Below, in pieces: positions 60,301 through 64,000 of a stretch of 64,000 nucleotides of DNA (positions are counted from its first letter, which is position 1; the number at the start of each line of letters is the position of its first letter). The DNA is from an uncultured Gemmatimonadales bacterium (GTDB lineage Bacteria > Gemmatimonadota > Gemmatimonadetes > Longimicrobiales > Longimicrobiaceae). Location of the stretch: contig OY970303.1 of the NCBI GenBank assembly GCA_963716255.1, positions 256,001 through 320,000 of the forward strand. The letters run 5' to 3'. Under the pieces are notes generated by a model. That model searched no databases. It worked only from the letters and a program-made list of their open reading frames with translations, and was not told the DNA's origin. Made by a program: the position numbers and the translations under genes.

Positions 60301-63300
60301 CACGCGCGCGCCTCCGGCGCCAGGGCGGTCAGGTCCTCCACCGCGAGGCGGCGCGGCCGGGGGGGCTCCACCACCTGCACGGGCACCCCCTCCTCGAAGG
60401 CGAAGACGGTGCGCAGCGACTCGTGCCGGGCGCGCACCGCGTCCAGCGCCCGCTCCATGGCGCCCAGGTCCAGCGCGCCGCGCAGGCGCATGGCGTAGGG
60501 CATGTTGTAGGCGCTGCTCGACGGCTCCATCTGCTGGATGAACCAGAGCCGCTGCTGCGCGAACGACGCGGGGAGAGGCCGGTCGCGCGGGACGCGGAGC
60601 AGCGGCGGCGCGCCCATCCCGGCGCCCTCGCGCACCGCGGCGTCCACGCGCTCGGCGAGCCCGGCCAGGTCGGGCGCCTCGAACACGGAGCGCAGCGGCA
60701 CCTCCACCCCGAACGCGGCGCGGATGCGCGATACCACGCGCGTGGCGAGCAGCGAGTGCCCGCCCAGCGCGAAGAAGTTGTCGCGCACGCCCACGCGCTC
60801 CACCTTCAGCACCTGCGCCCAGATGCCGGCCAGGATCTCCTCGGCCGGGGTGCGCGGCGCCGCGTAGTCGTCGGTGGCCAGCGCGTCGGGCGCGGGGAGG
60901 GCGCGCCGGTCGACCTTGCCGTTGGGCGTGAGCGGAAGCCGCTCCAGTACGACCACCGCTCCCGGGACCATGTACTCCGGGAGCCGCTCCAGGAGGTATG
61001 CCCGCAACGCCGCGGGCTCGGGCGTGGCGCCGGCCCCGGGGACCACGTAGCCCACCAGGCGCGATGCGCCGGGCGTGTCCTCGCGCACGGTCACGGCCGC
61101 CGCGCGCACCTCCGGGTGGCGCTCCAGCGCGGCCTCGATCTCCCCCGGCTCGATGCGGAAGCCCCGCACCTTGACCTGGAAGTCCGTCCGCCCCACGTAC
61201 TCCAGCTCCCCGTCCGCGCGCCACCTCACGCGGTCTCCGCTCCGGTACATGCGCGCCCCCGCCTTCCCCGAGAACGGGTCCGGCAGGTACTGCGCCGCCG
61301 TCAGCTCCGCGCGCCCCAGGTACCCCCGCGACACCCCCGCCCCACCCACGTACAGTTCCCCCGGCACCCCCACCGGCACCGGCGCGCCATTGGCGTCCAG
61401 CAGGTACACGCGCGCGTTGCCCACCGGCCGCCCGATGCTCACCGGCTCCCCCGGCCGCACCCGCGCCGCCGTGATGTTGACCGTGGCCTCCGTGGGACCG
61501 TAGTGGTTCCACAGCACCACCTCCGGGAACGCCGCGAAGGTGCGCTCCGCGAGCTCCGCCGGCAGCGCCTCTCCCCCCAGCAGCACCGCTCGCAGACCCG
61601 ACGGCCGCGGCGCCTCTCCCGAGCGCACCAGCTCCAGCATCGCGCTCCACAGCGACGGCACCCCCCCGAAGGACACCCGCTCGTGCCCGGAGATGGCCTC
61701 CAGCAGCGCGCCCGGATCGCTCACCGTTTCCTCCGGGAGCACCCACGCCGGCTCGCCTCGCAGCAGCGGCGGGAACAGCTGCCGCACGTGCGCGTCGAAG
61801 CTGAGCCGCGACACCAGCGGCAGCGCGAAGCCCTCCGCACCCAGCACCGTCTCGTTCGAACCAGGCCAGGTAGTTGGACAGCCCGCCGTGGGTCACCAGC
61901 ACGCCCTTGGGCGTGCCCGTGGAGCCCGAGGTGTAGATGACGTACGCCAGGTTCTCGGGCAGGCAAGCACGCAGCGGCGCGCTGTCCTCCTCGGACTGCG
62001 GGGCGCCGTCTCCCATGGCGCCGTCCAGCAGGACGACTGCACCCGCGAAGCCCTCGACGCGCTCGGCCAGCTCCGCGCTGGTCACGACGGCGGCGGCGCC
62101 GGAATCGGCGAGCATGAAGCGCAGGCGCTCGTCGGGGGAGGCGGGGTCCAGGGGGACGTAGGCGGCGCCGGCCTTGAGGATGCCCAGCACGGCGACGACG
62201 GTCGCGGAGCCGCGCTCCAGGAGGAGGCCGACGCGGCCGTCCGGGCCGGCGCCGAGGGCGCGCAGGCGGCGGGCGAGGGCGTCGGCGCGGCGCTCCAGCT
62301 CGGCGAAGCTGAGCGTCCCGCCGGCGGCGACGACGGCGGGGGCGTCGGGGGTGCGCTGCGCCTGCCCGGCGATGCGCTCGTGGACCGGGCGCGACAGGTC
62401 GTACGGGCGGCCGGTGGCGTTCCACTCCTCCAGCACCTGCCGGCGCTCCCCGTCGCCGAGGAGGGGGTAGTCGGCGATGGAGCGCGCGTCCTCGGCAGCG
62501 ATGCCGTCCAGCAGCGCGACGAAGTGGCCGAGCATGCGCTCGATCGTGGCGCCGTCGAACAGCGAGGTGCGGTACGACATCCACCCCACCAGCCGGCCGT
62601 CGCGCTCCGCCGCCCCCAGGCTCAGGTCGAAGCGCGCGGTCTCCAGCTCCCAGCGCAGCGAATCCAGCTCCAGGTCGCCCAGCCCCAGGACCGCGGCCTC
62701 GTTGTTCTGGAGCGTGAACATGGCCTGGTAGAAGGGGGTGTGCGTCATGGAGCGCTCCGGCTGGAGCTCCATCACCAGCTTCTCGAAGGGCACGTCCTGG
62801 TGCGCGTAGGCCCCCAGCGTGGCCTCGCGGACGCGGCGGAGCAGCGCCGTGAAGGTGGGCGCCCCTGACAGGTCGCCGCGGAGCACCAGGGTGTTGACGA
62901 AGAAGCCGATCAGCCCCTCCACCTCCACCCGGCCGCGCCCGGCGATGGGGGTGCCGACGAGCACGTCGTCCTGGCCGGAGTACCGGCCCAGGAGCGTCTG
63001 CCAGGCGGCGAGCAGCACCATGAAGAGCGTGGCCCGCTCGCGGCGGCCCAGCTCCTGGAGCGCGGCCCCGGTCTCCGGCGACAGCTCGAACCTGCGGGTC
63101 GCGCCCTCGGAGCCCTGCGCGGCGCCGCGCGGGCGGTCGGTGGGCACCGCCAGCAGCGGCGGCGCGCCGGCGAGCCGTCCGCGCCACCAGTCCAGGTGCA
63201 GCTCCAGCGTCTCGCCCGAGAGCCAGTCGCGCTGCCACGCCGCGAAGTCCGCGTACTGCACCGGAAGCTCGGGCAGAAGGGGCTCGCCGCCGCGCGAATA

Positions 63301-64000
63301 CGCCCCGTAGCACTCCGACAGCTCGCCCACCAGGACGACGGTGGACCAGCCGTCGCTGACGATGTGGTGGAGCGCGAAGAGCAGCGCCCACTCCTCCTCG
63401 TCCAGGCGGAGGAGCCGCACCCGCATCAGCGGCCCCGCCGCCAGGTCGAAGGGGCGCGTCATCTCCTCCTGCACCTGCCGCCGCACCTCCGCCTCGCGCG
63501 CTTCCGCGGGGAAGGCGCGCAGGTCGGTCACGGGGAGCTCGCGCGGCCCCGGCTCGCCCACGATCTGCACGGGCTCGCCGTCCACCGAGGCGAAGACGGT
63601 GCGCAGCGTCTCGTGCCGCCTGCGCAGGGTGTCGAAGCTGCGCTCCAGCGCGTCCACGTCCAGCCGGCCGCGCAGGCGCAGCGCGTACGGCATGTTGTAG
63701 GCGGGGCTCTCCGGCTCCATCTGCTGGATGAACCAGAGCCGCTGCTGCGAGAAGGAGACGGGGAGCGTGCCGCCGCGGGGGATGCGGCGCAGGGGGGGCG
63801 CCTGCGCGCCCACGCCCTCGCGCAGCGAGGCCTCCACCCGCTCGGCGAGCCCGGCGAGGGTGGGCGCCTCGAACAGGGTGCGCAGCGGCACCTCCGCCCC
63901 GAACGCTTCGCGGATGCGCGAGACCACGCGGGTGGCGAGCAGCGAGTGCCCGCCCACCTCGAAGAAGTTGTCGTGCGCGCCCACGCGCTCCAGCCGGAGC
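57396..64000 (-). CDS. Non-ribosomal peptide synthetase, 3' part: T-C-A-T-C-A-T, no TE; frameshift at ~61855; 5' end outside window
   Basis: GGHSLL (T, three times), HHIV(S/T)DGWS (C, twice), Y(V/L)[11 protein letters not shown] and N.YGP.E (A, twice). The two frames join if one base of TT at 61855-61856 is removed (..[14 protein letters not shown]..). Confidence 0.96.

Overview
A very GC-rich bacterial chromosome segment. The gene content (PEP-CTERM proteins, a MoxR/DUF58/BatA/DUF4159 operon, BTAD-TPR regulator, carB, asnS, glyQS-type GlyRS, nth, PolX/PHP, clpP, many secreted peptidases and lipoproteins, 3' end of a large NRPS) suggests Gemmatimonadota, probably Longimicrobium-like; this is inference. 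I found no rRNA, tRNA, CRISPR array or transposase. Most long ORFs in the supplied track are GC-rich shadow frames. Main signals: (1) Two paralogous cytoplasmic TPR proteins (21263-22279 and 31406-32677) each sit tail-to-tail with a tiny lipoprotein-signal peptide gene that the ORF track does not call as such. The peptides end in a related motif (GYLGTGN, with an internal GYFGTGN copy; PVIGSGH). This is a candidate Rap/Phr-like peptide-receptor system. (2) A ~130-bp intergenic element occurs in 10 copies plus one fragment. It has two hairpins whose stems change by compensatory substitution around near-invariant loops, and it usually lies in sense orientation just after a stop codon. (3) A stand-alone secreted six-Cys mini-protein has its own promoter and terminator. 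(4) Regulatory architectures can be read directly: sigma54/enhancer sites at the PEP-CTERM genes, 11-bp-phased SARP-like boxes, and a MarR-type palindrome. Two single-base frameshifts (NRPS and peptide gene A) may be sequencing errors.
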